Below, piece by piece: positions 10,441-18,716 of a DNA stretch of 64,000 bases. A program made the position numbers and the translations under genes. This stretch comes from Spirochaetaceae bacterium UBA1318 (lineage in GTDB: Bacteria; Spirochaetota; Spirochaetia; Treponematales; UBA1318), in NCBI GenBank assembly GCA_002307015.1, contig DBTK01000094.1:24449-88448 (forward strand), read 5' to 3'. Positions within the stretch are counted from its first letter, which is position 1, and every line of letters starts with the position of its first letter. The notes beneath the pieces were generated by a model. The model saw only the letters and a program-made list of their open reading frames with translations. It was not told the DNA's origin and ran no database searches.

Positions 10441-11077
10441 CCAGGAGATTGTAGGCCTCGAGGGGGGCCTTCGCCGCGAGGAGAGCGGTTTTCAGGTCCT
10501 TGTTCTTGAGCTTCGAGCTGAAGAACGAGAGGGTCTGGAGGTAGTAGGCGTGCTGGTTGTAGGCGGCGGCGATCATGAAAAGCAGCCGGACCGGCACGTC
10601 GTCCAGGGTCTGAAAATCGATGATGTCGACCTGGCTGATGCCGACGGATACGACGAGGTCGGTGACCGAGGAGAGCCTGACGTGGGGGATGGCGATGCCG
10701 CGGCCGATGCCGGTGCTCATCAGATCCTCGCGCTTCAGGATTTCCGAGGCGAGCTCCTGCCGGTTCTTGATCTGGGGGGCGGTCGCAAGATTGTCGGCGA
10801 GGGCGAGGAGGGCGTCGCGCTTGGTGGCGTGATTCAGGAACACGATCCGGTCGGGCGAAAGAATATTCTGGACCTGAACCGTATTGAAGCCGGGGTTCAT
10901 CTTGTTGGTGGAAAGGCGATCGTTGACCCACTTCTCGATCTCGGTTTTCTTGAACCGCCAGACGGTTCCGATCTTGCCCGAAGGGATCTCTCCCTTCTGC
11001 GCCCAATCGTAAACGGTCCGCTCCGAGACGCGCAGGTACTTCGCCACTTCCTCGATCGTCAGGATATCATCGTCCAT
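10424..11077 (-). CDS. fusion protein: excisionase/MerR-type HTH DNA-binding domain + PTS EIIA(Ntr/Fru)-type domain
   Basis: ORF 10424..11149. Start at ATG 11077 (GGAAAGGGG upstream), because the TTG at 11149 is the -35 box. N-terminus LTIEEVAKYLRVSERTVYDWAQKGEIPSGKIG (HTH_17-like). C-terminal EIIA type-2 with phosphorylatable His context GIGRGIAIPHVRL. Confidence 0.8.
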   Translation of the reverse strand: MDDDILTIEEVAKYLRVSERTVYDWAQKGEIPSGKIGTVWRFKKTEIEKWVNDRLSTNKMNPGFNTVQVQNILSPDRIVFLNHATKRDALLALADNLATAPQIKNRQELASEILKREDLMSTGIGRGIAIPHVRLSSVTDLVVSVGISQVDIIDFQTLDDVPVRLLFMIAAAYNQHAYYLQTLSFFSSKLKNKDLKTALLAAKAPLEAYNLLVSQEA

Positions 11078-11120
11078 AGTCGCCCCTTTCCGAATGATGA
11101 AAAAACAACTATCTGCCATG

Positions 11121-11149
11121 ATTGTGTAACAAATGGTAAGATATGTCAA
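11121..11149 (-). promoter_or_regulatory. sigma70-like promoter of the HTH-EIIA gene
   Basis: Minus strand TTGACA-17 nt-CACAAT. Leader of about 37 nt with GGAAAGGGG before ATG 11077. Confidence 0.45.
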
Positions 11150-11170
11150 GTCTTTTTTTGATCCGCGGCC

Positions 11171-12340
11171 TCATACCGAAAAGTAACGGTCGAAAATCAG
11201 GTCGATCGCGCCGCGTCCTGCCATGACCGGATCGTAGCCGTCGGCGAGGATATCGGCCTGAAGTCCCTCGGCATTCGCGAAGATGGACCGGACGTATTCC
11301 CCGCCGAAATCGGCGAGGTACCGCGAAAGCCGAACCGACCGGCTCACGATCAGGAAGCACTGGGGGCAGAAAATCTGGTACAGGTTCCGGAGCAGCATCG
11401 CGAGCAGCCTGGCCTTGTCCCGGAGCACGTCGAGCACCGCGTCGCTGGGAGATTTCAGGGTCTCGTCGAGCTTCGCGATCGAATCGATCTCCAGTTCAGG
11501 CGGCATCGAGGCGCAGATGGCGTCCTCGGAAAGGTAGGACTCGAGGCAGCCCCTGCGTCCGCAGCTGCAGAGCGCGCCGTCGGGAACCATGCAGACGTGG
11601 CCCAGTTCCAGGGCCGTCCTGTCGCGGATGACGAGCAGCTTCCCGTCGTTGATGAAGGATCCCCCCACCCCCGACCTGATGAGGACGGTCAGCATGGAAC
11701 TGACATCCTTCGCCTTGCCGTAGCGAAGCTCGCTCATCGAGAGGACCGAGCAGTTGTTGTGGAGGAAGACAGGAACCGAGATAATGGACTTCATCCGCTC
11801 CCTCAGGGGAAAATTCCTCATTCCGTCGATCCGCGAGTAATAAACGATGGTACCGCTCTCTATATCGACCCTGCCCGGGGCGCCGATACCGACGCCGAGA
11901 ACCTTCTCGAGGGGTATGGAACGCGCCTCGATCGACTCCTGGATCAGGGCTCTCAGACGGTCGACCAGTTCGTCGGCCGTGAGGGGCTTGCCGAAGCCCT
12001 CGGTTTTCTGGTAGATGACGGTTCCTGAGAAATCGGCGATGACGATAGCCGCCGAAAGGGCCCAGAAATCGATGCCGATGAGGTAGAAGGCGGTCGGCTC
12101 CACCGAATAGAAGACGGGCTTCCGCCCCTTCCGGTCGGCCGAGTCCACCTTCTCGCCTGAAATTCGGACGACCCCCTGCCTCTCGAGCTCCGTGAAAATG
12201 CGAAAGACGGTCGGGGGCTTGAGTCCGGTGAGCGCAGCCGCCTGGGATTGCGAAAGTATCTTCCGCGAATGCATGAGGTTCAGGATGAGCTTTTCGTTCC
12301 GTTCCCTGATATCGTTGCTTCTCAAAGGTGTGGTATTCAT
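11171..12340 (-). CDS. ROK family transcriptional regulator
   Basis: N-terminal wHTH (NEKLILNLMHSRKILSQSQAAALTGLKPPTVFRIF), sugar-kinase-like core, ROK zinc motif GHVCMVPDGALCSCGRRGCLE. Confidence 0.9.
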   Translation of the reverse strand: MNTTPLRSNDIRERNEKLILNLMHSRKILSQSQAAALTGLKPPTVFRIFTELERQGVVRISGEKVDSADRKGRKPVFYSVEPTAFYLIGIDFWALSAAIVIADFSGTVIYQKTEGFGKPLTADELVDRLRALIQESIEARSIPLEKVLGVGIGAPGRVDIESGTIVYYSRIDGMRNFPLRERMKSIISVPVFLHNNCSVLSMSELRYGKAKDVSSMLTVLIRSGVGGSFINDGKLLVIRDRTALELGHVCMVPDGALCSCGRRGCLESYLSEDAICASMPPELEIDSIAKLDETLKSPSDAVLDVLRDKARLLAMLLRNLYQIFCPQCFLIVSRSVRLSRYLADFGGEYVRSIFANAEGLQADILADGYDPVMAGRGAIDLIFDRYFSV

Positions 12341-12355
12341 TTCTTTCCTTCAGTA

Positions 12356-12384
12356 AGTATAAGGATCGAAACCCTTCCGATCAA
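12356..12384 (-). promoter_or_regulatory. sigma70-like promoter of the ROK regulator gene
   Basis: Minus strand TTGATC-17 nt-TATACT, followed by a GAAGGAAA SD and ATG 12340. Confidence 0.4.
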
Positions 12385-12445
12385 CTTTTTTCGCACATGA
12401 CGTACCCGGTTCTCGGGGGAACCGGTGAGCGCCCCATGAATAAGC

Positions 12446-12474
12446 TTGACCGCGGGAGCGCGAAGGGCTATCGT
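12446..12474 (+). promoter_or_regulatory. possible promoter of the copZ-like gene
   Basis: TTGACC-17 nt-TATCGT. The GGAGG SD would lie at the very 5' end of the transcript, so this call is less secure. Confidence 0.3.
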
Positions 12475-12490
12475 ACCGACGGAGGAACTC

Positions 12491-12694
12491 ATGAAGTACG
12501 TTTTTTCCGTCAACGACATGAGCTGCGGCCACTGCAAGGCCCATATCGAGGAAGCGCTCGAGAAAAGCGGCTCCGTCAGCAGTTTCGACGTCGATCTCGG
12601 ATTGAAAAAAGTCGAGGTGGATACGGTATTGAGCGCACCCCAGGTAGTAACCATCATCCAGGAAGCCGGCTACACCGCCGAGCTTCGCACGTAG
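12491..12694 (+). CDS. heavy-metal-associated (CopZ-like) metal-binding protein
   Basis: ATG 12491 preceded by GGAGG. MKYVFSVNDMSCGHCKAHIEEAL carries the MxCxxC motif. The longer ORF start (TTG 12446) is the predicted -35 box. Confidence 0.85.
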   Translation: MKYVFSVNDMSCGHCKAHIEEALEKSGSVSSFDVDLGLKKVEVDTVLSAPQVVTIIQEAGYTAELRT

Positions 12695-12702
12695 GGGGCG
12701 GC

Positions 12703-13122
12703 GTGGACCTTTCTCCCGATCCGCTCAGGTCGATCGCCTCGGGCTACCGTACGCTTCTGAAGCGGATCGGAACCGTTCTCGCCTTCGCGACCGCGACGGT
12801 GGCCCTGAGCGCCGCTATCGTCTATCCCCTCTGGTACCTGGCGAGTTTCCGCAAGGATATTTTCGACATCCTCGTCATCGCCGCGGCGGCGGGATACCTC
12901 ATCGCGGTCCTCGTCCGTCGGATCGTCAGGAAACCGGCGAACGGCGTCACGAGAGGGAAGATCGCGCTCGGCTTCGCGAAGAAGCTCGGCGTGATGATTG
13001 CCGTCGTCGCCGCGGCTTACGCCTTCGTGCTTCTCGTGCTCGCCGGGAAAACGGCGATCGCGATTCCCGTAGCCGTGGTCTTCCTCGGCGTCTTCGGCTA
13101 CCTCGTCTATGGCAAACGATAG
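12703..13122 (+). CDS. hypothetical membrane protein (about 4 TM helices)
   Basis: C-terminal part of ORF 12328..13122. GTG 12703 follows the copZ-like stop and a G-rich SD. Hydrophobic helices (VLAFATATVALSAAIVYPLWYL, ILVIAAAAGYLIAVLV, VMIAVVAAAYAFVLLVLA, IPVAVVFLGVFGYLVY). Start uncertain. Confidence 0.55.
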   Translation: MDLSPDPLRSIASGYRTLLKRIGTVLAFATATVALSAAIVYPLWYLASFRKDIFDILVIAAAAGYLIAVLVRRIVRKPANGVTRGKIALGFAKKLGVMIAVVAAAYAFVLLVLAGKTAIAIPVAVVFLGVFGYLVYGKR

Positions 13123-14017
13123 CGGGAAGCGGGCCCTCCTCGCCTTCATTTTACTCGCGGTCTCAGTGACCGCCCACGCCGACTACCCCCTGGTCTCTTC
13201 CCTGACGGCCGCCGATCCGGTGTTCAGGCAGCTCCAACAGGACCTGAACGACGGCTACAAGGCGGAGGCGACCGGAAATCCCCATAAAAACCTGACCGTC
13301 TACAGCTACCGCCTCCCCGGTGACACGGAGCTCTTCGCCCTCGCCGCCCTCGCCAACATTCCGTACGACTCGATAGCCACGCTGAACCGCTATTCCTCCG
13401 TTCCCGTCCTCAAGAAAGGCATGGTCCTCCTCCTTCCCGGGACGCCCGGGGTATTCCTTCCCCGCAAGCCCGCGAACGATATCGAGTACTTGATGGCCTC
13501 CTGGAGGCCCGAATCCCCGGCGCCGAGCCTCGCCGTGGAAATCGAGCTCAAGTCCTCGCCCACCGCGTTCTACTTCTATCCGGGTTCACGGTTCAGCGCA
13601 GAGGAGAGGGCCTTTTTCCTTTCGGTCCTCTTCCGTTTTCCCCTGCCGGTACGGAGGATCACCTCGGACTTCGGCGTCAGGATCAGTCCGATCACCGGGA
13701 AGCGGTCCATGCACACGGGAATCGATCTCGCCGCCCCCAAGGGCACCCCGATCCACCCGGCTAGAGAGGGCGTCGTGATCCAGACCGGCTACAGCGAGGT
13801 CTACGGAAATTTCGTCCTGCTCCAGCATTCGGGGGGCTGGCAATCCCTCTACGGGCACATGAATTCCGTCGCGGTACGGTTGAACGATCGGGTCGGTTAC
13901 GCTATGATCCTGGGAACGGTAGGCTCGACGGGGGAATCGACGGGTCCCCATCTCCATTTCGAGATCAGGAACGGGGGCGTTCCGCGAGATCCGGCAAGCC
14001 TCATGCCGACACGGTAA
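13109..14017 (+). CDS. M23 family metallopeptidase with N-terminal signal peptide and LysM-like region
   Basis: Signal peptide ALLAFILLAVSVTAHA. M23 motifs HTGIDLAAPKGTPI and GSTGESTGPHLHFEI. Confidence 0.9.
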   Translation: MANDSGKRALLAFILLAVSVTAHADYPLVSSLTAADPVFRQLQQDLNDGYKAEATGNPHKNLTVYSYRLPGDTELFALAALANIPYDSIATLNRYSSVPVLKKGMVLLLPGTPGVFLPRKPANDIEYLMASWRPESPAPSLAVEIELKSSPTAFYFYPGSRFSAEERAFFLSVLFRFPLPVRRITSDFGVRISPITGKRSMHTGIDLAAPKGTPIHPAREGVVIQTGYSEVYGNFVLLQHSGGWQSLYGHMNSVAVRLNDRVGYAMILGTVGSTGESTGPHLHFEIRNGGVPRDPASLMPTR

Positions 14018-14027
14018 AGGGTACGCA

Positions 14028-15014
14028 ATGAACAGGACGATCGCTGCCGCATTCGCTTTGTGCCTCCTCGTTACGGGAAGTCTCCTCGCCGACGATTTTC
14101 GCGGCACCCTGGTTTCCTCGGTGACGGTACCGGACCCGAGCGCGAGCGACGAAACTGCGCGGTTTTCACTCGGCTACCTCGAGATCGGCTCGATCGACAT
14201 CGCCCCGGGAACCCGGTTCCTCCAGGGCATCGAGATCGAGTTCAGGATCCCGAAGGCCGTCCAGTCCTTTCCCGGCAGCTACGTGTTCATCCTCTACAAA
14301 AACGTGAGCCCAACCCCGGAGTCCGGCGTCCTCGGATATTCCGGCACCCAGATCCTGATGCAGGTACCCCAGCGGATATCGACGATAGTCCAGATGCCGA
14401 TCGTCGAGAACTCGACCCTCAAACCCACCCCCTATACCGTACTCCTGAAGGGGCCGGTCAAACCCGACGACTTCCCTATCGCGCTTTTCGTGATGCCGGT
14501 CATGAAGGGACTTCCCACCGAGGTCGAAAAGGCCGTCTTCTCGGTCAGGGTCAAACCCCTTTTCTCCGACGAGGGGGCCCTCAAGCTCGATTTCGTCTAT
14601 CCGGAAGGCAAGGAAGGGAAACCCGTATCGGTATTCATCGACAACAGGAAGATTTCGGGGCCGATCGACGACATCATCCTCAAGACGGGACTCCACTACC
14701 TGAAGCTCTCCGCCGACGACTTCCGGGACGAGGTCAGGACCTTTTCCATCGATCCGGGCAAGGAAATCGACCTCAAGATCGCCCTCCAGGACATCACCCC
14801 CATCCTTTTCCTCGAGGCCCCCGAGAACGCACGGGTGCTTTTGGACAACGAAAAGCTCGATTTCCCCGCAAAAAACAGCTTCCAGGTGGCCGCCGGGGAC
14901 CATACCGTGGTGTTCAAGGTGGGCGACTATACCATCAGCCGGGTGATCTCCATCCAGAAGGCGAAAACCTACAAGGTTTCCCTCAACATCCAGATCGACG
15001 TCCAGGAGAACTAG
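14028..15014 (+). CDS. secreted hypothetical protein with C-terminal PEGA-like domain
   Basis: Signal peptide MNRTIAAAFALCLLVTGSLLA. The C-terminus LEAPENARVLLDNEKLDFPAKNSFQVAAGDHTVVFKVGDYT resembles the PEGA fold. No enzymatic motif seen. Confidence 0.7.
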   Translation: MNRTIAAAFALCLLVTGSLLADDFRGTLVSSVTVPDPSASDETARFSLGYLEIGSIDIAPGTRFLQGIEIEFRIPKAVQSFPGSYVFILYKNVSPTPESGVLGYSGTQILMQVPQRISTIVQMPIVENSTLKPTPYTVLLKGPVKPDDFPIALFVMPVMKGLPTEVEKAVFSVRVKPLFSDEGALKLDFVYPEGKEGKPVSVFIDNRKISGPIDDIILKTGLHYLKLSADDFRDEVRTFSIDPGKEIDLKIALQDITPILFLEAPENARVLLDNEKLDFPAKNSFQVAAGDHTVVFKVGDYTISRVISIQKAKTYKVSLNIQIDVQEN

Positions 15015-15078
15015 GCGGCGCTTGCCCGGTTTCCGGATGCCTTAACGGAAAAATGAAGCGGATTTCTTGTTTTTTTCA

Positions 15079-15107
15079 TTTATATATCGTACGTTTATAC
15101 CGATAAT
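15079..15107 (+). promoter_or_regulatory. possible promoter of the candidate sRNA
   Basis: TTTATA-17 nt-GATAAT preceded by a T-rich tract. The predicted TSS (about 15114) coincides with the first base of the long hairpin. Confidence 0.3.
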
Positions 15108-15113
15108 ATGGAT

Positions 15114-15201
15114 GTCGGCTGTAGCATAGTTCCCCTCCCAGTTTACTATGCTGCACCGACACCCAGCAGGGTAAGGCCGGCGGCATCGCCGGCCTTTTTT
15201 T
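15114..15201 (+). ncRNA. candidate small RNA: 16-bp hairpin with C-rich loop plus intrinsic terminator
   Basis: Stem 15114-15130 pairs with 15145-15160 (one bulged C). The 14-nt loop is UCCCCUCCCAGUUU. After a short linker comes a terminator hairpin. The alternative is that this is simply the 3' UTR of the 14028-15014 gene. Confidence 0.3.
15173..15201 (+). terminator. Rho-independent terminator
   Basis: AAGGCCGGCG-GCAU-CGCCGGCCUU stem (10 bp, 8 G-C) running into a T7 tract. Confidence 0.75.
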
Positions 15202-15218
15202 GTCCCCCCGCTACTCGC

Positions 15219-15247
15219 TTGACAAAGGGTACGCCAAAACGTAGGCT
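15219..15247 (+). promoter_or_regulatory. sigma70-like promoter abutting the PBP1A start codon (leaderless-type)
   Basis: TTGACA-17 nt-TAGGCT, then only ACCCCC (6 nt, no SD) before ATG 15254. Confidence 0.4.
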
Positions 15248-15253
15248 ACCCCC

Positions 15254-17767
15254 ATGCCTATCGACGAGAAACGCAGAAAGACGGCAAAGGCGTTCGTGAT
15301 CGTCGCGATAGCGATAGCCCTTATTTCCGGGATTGCCCTTGGCATCGCCCTCGCCGCGACAAAGAATATACAGAACCAGGAAAACTTCACCGAGATCCAG
15401 CCGGCCCTGCCGACGAAGCTTCTCGACATCAACGGGAACCTCATCACCGAATTCTCATCGGACGAGAAACGAGAGATGGTTTCCATCAGCGAAATACCGC
15501 GCCACCTCATCTACGCCGTCATCACCCGCGAGGACCAGGATTTTTTCAGGCATCACGGCTTCACCCTACGCGGCTTTTTCCGCGCCCTCTGGGGCAAGGT
15601 GACCGGACGGAACCTGGGCGGCGGCTCGACCATCACCCAGCAGCTCGCCGGCACCCTCTACGCCGACAGGGCGGACATCTCGATCCGCAGAAAGCTCGTT
15701 GAGCTCTGGTGGGCTTTCCAGCTCGAACGCCGTCTCACGAAAAACGAGATCCTCGAGCAGTACCTGAACAAGATGTACCTCGGCTCGGGGACCTACGGCG
15801 TCGAATCGGCCTCGAAGTTCTACTTCGGCCACTCCGTCAGGGAGATCACCCTCGCCGAGTCGGCCATGCTCGTCATCCAGCTTTCGAACCCGGTCATCTA
15901 CTCGCCCCTGAGCCACCCGAACGCGGCCAAGCTTCGCCAGCGGGAGGTCCTGAACCAGATGGTCGACCTCGGCTACGCGACCAAGAAGGAGGCCGACGAG
16001 TCCTTCAGCGACTATTGGGTCAATTTCGACTATACCAGGATCAACACCTCGGCCTACTTCATGAGGGACGACAAGGCCCCATGGTTCTCGGAGTACGCCC
16101 GAAGGCAGCTCGAAGAGATGCTCTACGGCAATCTCGACCTCTACAAGGACGGGTTCGTCGTCCATACGACCCTCAACCTCGATTACCAGCTCAAGGCCGA
16201 CGAGTACATGAGGAAGGGAATAATCCAGGGTAACGAGAGCTATCGCGCAAGCTCGGGATCCCGGCTCCAGATTGCCGACTCGACCTACAAACCCATCGTC
16301 GACATGCTCTCCCTCGCCTTCAATCTCGACACCATGCACGGTTCCGATTCCCAGGTCAGGCTAAACGCGCTGAGCTACTACAACAAACGGCTCAATACCA
16401 CGATCGACGCAGCCGCCATGCTCTTCGGCCTCGACGAGCTGAAACAGGCGACAAACTCGAGCTATACGGGATCAAAGGCCGATGCGGAACGGAACACCGT
16501 CGAGGGCGCCCTGATAACCCTCGAGAACGATACGGGCTACATTCTGGCCCTCGTCGGGGGGTCCAAGTACGACGGTTCAAACCAGTACATACGCGCCACC
16601 CAGTCCCAGCTGATGCCGGGATCCTCGTTCAAGCCGCTCTACTACTCGGCGGCCATCGACTCGCGAAAGTTCACCGAAGCGAGCCTGATCTACGACGAGC
16701 CGGTCGTCTTCTACAACGAGAACGGAACCCCCTACATCCCGCTCAACTACAAGGGCGAATGGAAGGGAACCGTCCTTCTCTGGCAGGCCCTGGCCAATTC
16801 GATGAACGTCCCTTCTCTCAAGATTCTGGACGGCATCGGTTTCGATGCCGCAATATCACGCGCCGCTTCACTCCTGGACATCCACGACCCCGACGAGATC
16901 ACCCGCACCTTTCCCCGCGTCTATCCGCTGGGACTTGGCGTCATCGGCGTCACCCCGCTCAAGATGGCGAGGGCCTTCGCCGTTTTCGCGAACCAGGGCA
17001 AGGAAGTGACCCCGCTCGCAATCCGCCAGATCGAGGACAGGAACGGCAGGATCATCCTCGACCCCGAAAAGGAACTCAGGATCCAGCAGAAAAAGAAGGG
17101 CTCGGATATCCAGGTAGTTTCCCCGCAGAACGCCTATATCATGACTGACCTGCTTCAGGGGGTCATCCAGGCGGGAACCCTCGCCGGGGCTACCGGAAGC
17201 GGAACGATCTTCACCTACAAGGACCAGAAGGGCCAGAAGTATGTCATACCCGCGGCAGGCAAGACGGGAACGACCCAGAACTGGGCCGACGACTGGACCG
17301 TCGGATTCACGCCCTACATGACGACGGCGATCTGGTTCGGGTTCGACAAGGCGGGAAACTCCCTCGGGGTACAGAACACCGGCGCCATTTTCGTCGGCCC
17401 CATCTGGGCCGGCTACATGCACGACATCCACGAGAATCTGCCGCCGAAGCAGTTCTCGAGGCCCCAGACGGGACTCGTCGAGGTGACGGTGTGCGCCAAA
17501 TCCGGGCTTCTGCCGACTCAGGCATGCAACGAGGGCCTCATCCGCCGGACCTTCCTTGAGGGAACGGAACCGACCCAGTACTGCGACATCCATCCCTACA
17601 AGCAGGAGAGGGACGAGTTCCTGCTGAACCGTCTCGAGAGCAAGTCCCAGCAGTTCGGCGGCAACCTCAAGACGATCAAGGGATCGGACCTGCCGAGCCT
17701 CGACCTGCCGAAGCCCGACTCCGCTCCCTCTCCCGCCGCCCAGTCCACGGGGTCGCTTCTGGATTGA
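15254..17767 (+). CDS. penicillin-binding protein 1A (bifunctional glycosyltransferase/transpeptidase)
   Basis: GT51 motifs REDQDFFRHHGF and GGSTITQQL. Transpeptidase motifs SSFKP and KTGTT. N-terminal TM anchor. Confidence 0.95.
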   Translation: MPIDEKRRKTAKAFVIVAIAIALISGIALGIALAATKNIQNQENFTEIQPALPTKLLDINGNLITEFSSDEKREMVSISEIPRHLIYAVITREDQDFFRHHGFTLRGFFRALWGKVTGRNLGGGSTITQQLAGTLYADRADISIRRKLVELWWAFQLERRLTKNEILEQYLNKMYLGSGTYGVESASKFYFGHSVREITLAESAMLVIQLSNPVIYSPLSHPNAAKLRQREVLNQMVDLGYATKKEADESFSDYWVNFDYTRINTSAYFMRDDKAPWFSEYARRQLEEMLYGNLDLYKDGFVVHTTLNLDYQLKADEYMRKGIIQGNESYRASSGSRLQIADSTYKPIVDMLSLAFNLDTMHGSDSQVRLNALSYYNKRLNTTIDAAAMLFGLDELKQATNSSYTGSKADAERNTVEGALITLENDTGYILALVGGSKYDGSNQYIRATQSQLMPGSSFKPLYYSAAIDSRKFTEASLIYDEPVVFYNENGTPYIPLNYKGEWKGTVLLWQALANSMNVPSLKILDGIGFDAAISRAASLLDIHDPDEITRTFPRVYPLGLGVIGVTPLKMARAFAVFANQGKEVTPLAIRQIEDRNGRIILDPEKELRIQQKKKGSDIQVVSPQNAYIMTDLLQGVIQAGTLAGATGSGTIFTYKDQKGQKYVIPAAGKTGTTQNWADDWTVGFTPYMTTAIWFGFDKAGNSLGVQNTGAIFVGPIWAGYMHDIHENLPPKQFSRPQTGLVEVTVCAKSGLLPTQACNEGLIRRTFLEGTEPTQYCDIHPYKQERDEFLLNRLESKSQQFGGNLKTIKGSDLPSLDLPKPDSAPSPAAQSTGSLLD

Positions 17768-17790
17768 GCCTGCCCGGGATGGGAGGAATC

Positions 17791-18585
17791 GTGAGCGAGG
17801 AAGAAAGAGGACCGGACGGCTCGTTTTCGAGGGGGAAATTTGAGTCTCGCCCTCGGATAGATTACGACGAGGCCTCGAAAACCTACGACCATACCCGATC
17901 ACCGAGCGACGGGATCGTCGAGCTTCTCGACAGGGGCTTCCGGTTCTCGCCCTCCACCGTCGTACTGGACTTCGGCTGCGGAACCGGAAACTACCTGCGT
18001 TTCATCTACGCGAATTACCGCTCGACGTGTTGCGGGGTCGAGCCTTCCGAGGGCATGAGAAAAATCGCACGCGGAAAGGATGGAGCCCTGGACATAAGGG
18101 CGGGCGATCACCGGAACATCCCCTTCGCGAACGGCACGTTCGACGCGATTTTCATGACCGACGTTATTCACCACGTCGACGACATGGACACGCTTTTCCG
18201 CCAGCTCCGCCTGAAGCTGAAGCGGGGTGGCAAGCTCTGCGTCGTCACCGAGTCTCACGTCCAGATCGGGAACCGCTGGTACAACCCCTATTTCCCCTCG
18301 CTGATCGAAAATGAGCGGAAGCGCTACCCCGACATCGGGGACATGGACGATTCGGCCTCAAGGGCCGGCCTATCGCCCCTGTTCCAGGAAATTCGTCCCT
18401 CCGATCCGGAGGTCGTCGTCGGAGCCGAGTTCGTGAAAATGGTCGAGGAAAAAAACTATTCGATGTTCAGACTCATTTCGGATGAAGAGTTCGGCACGGG
18501 TCTGGCGAGGCTGAGGGCCGATATCGGCAAAACCATCCGCTGCCCCCATCATGGCGAAACCCTCGCCTGGTACCGGAAGGGCTGA
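17791..18585 (+). CDS. class I SAM-dependent methyltransferase
   Basis: ORF 17764..18585. GTG 17791 follows GGGAGGA; ATG 17779 or 17764 are alternatives. SAM motif I VLDFGCGTGNY and motif GGKLCVV. Confidence 0.85.
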   Translation: MSEEERGPDGSFSRGKFESRPRIDYDEASKTYDHTRSPSDGIVELLDRGFRFSPSTVVLDFGCGTGNYLRFIYANYRSTCCGVEPSEGMRKIARGKDGALDIRAGDHRNIPFANGTFDAIFMTDVIHHVDDMDTLFRQLRLKLKRGGKLCVVTESHVQIGNRWYNPYFPSLIENERKRYPDIGDMDDSASRAGLSPLFQEIRPSDPEVVVGAEFVKMVEEKNYSMFRLISDEEFGTGLARLRADIGKTIRCPHHGETLAWYRKG

Positions 18586-18646
18586 TTCCGACCGGGAAAC
18601 GGGTCATACGCCCCAGGCATTCCCCGAATGACGGGGGCGTGGTGCT

Positions 18647-18716
18647 CACCTCTTCCCGTTCACCGTTCACCGTTCACCGTTCACCGTTCACCCCTCACCC
18701 CTCACCCCTCACCCTT
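18647..18716. repeat. tandem heptanucleotide array, 10 units
   Basis: + strand reads CACCTCT TCCCGTT (CACCGTT)x4 (CACCCCT)x3 CACCCTT. It lies between convergent gene ends, and the last unit overlaps the TAA stop of the lipoprotein gene. Confidence 0.95.

Noticed and set aside
12406-12425. 7-bp inverted repeat CCGGTTC-N6-GAACCGG upstream of the copZ-like gene as a metal-regulator operator
   Set aside because: It is short, lies 21 nt upstream of the putative -35 box, and no metalloregulator gene is nearby. It could easily occur by chance in GC-rich DNA.
15114-15160. Possible tRNA or riboswitch in the PBP1A upstream region
   Set aside because: It is a single long hairpin with no cloverleaf arms or T-loop/anticodon features. 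I recognised no known riboswitch core sequence.
15108-15299. 63-aa ORF starting at ATG 15108
   Set aside because: It would read through a 16-bp hairpin, an intrinsic terminator and the PBP1A promoter, and into the PBP1A gene in another frame. It has no SD and is P/A/R-rich. The region is better explained as non-coding RNA or regulatory DNA.
17791-18585. Methyltransferase as part of a restriction-modification system
   Set aside because: It is a small class I SAM methyltransferase of the UbiE/small-molecule type. It lacks DNA methyltransferase motifs (no DPPY/NPPY or PC-ENV), and there is no endonuclease neighbour.
18647-18716. Possible CRISPR array
   Set aside because: The repeat period is only 7 nt with no spacers, and no cas genes are in the window. 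It is a microsatellite-type array, not CRISPR.
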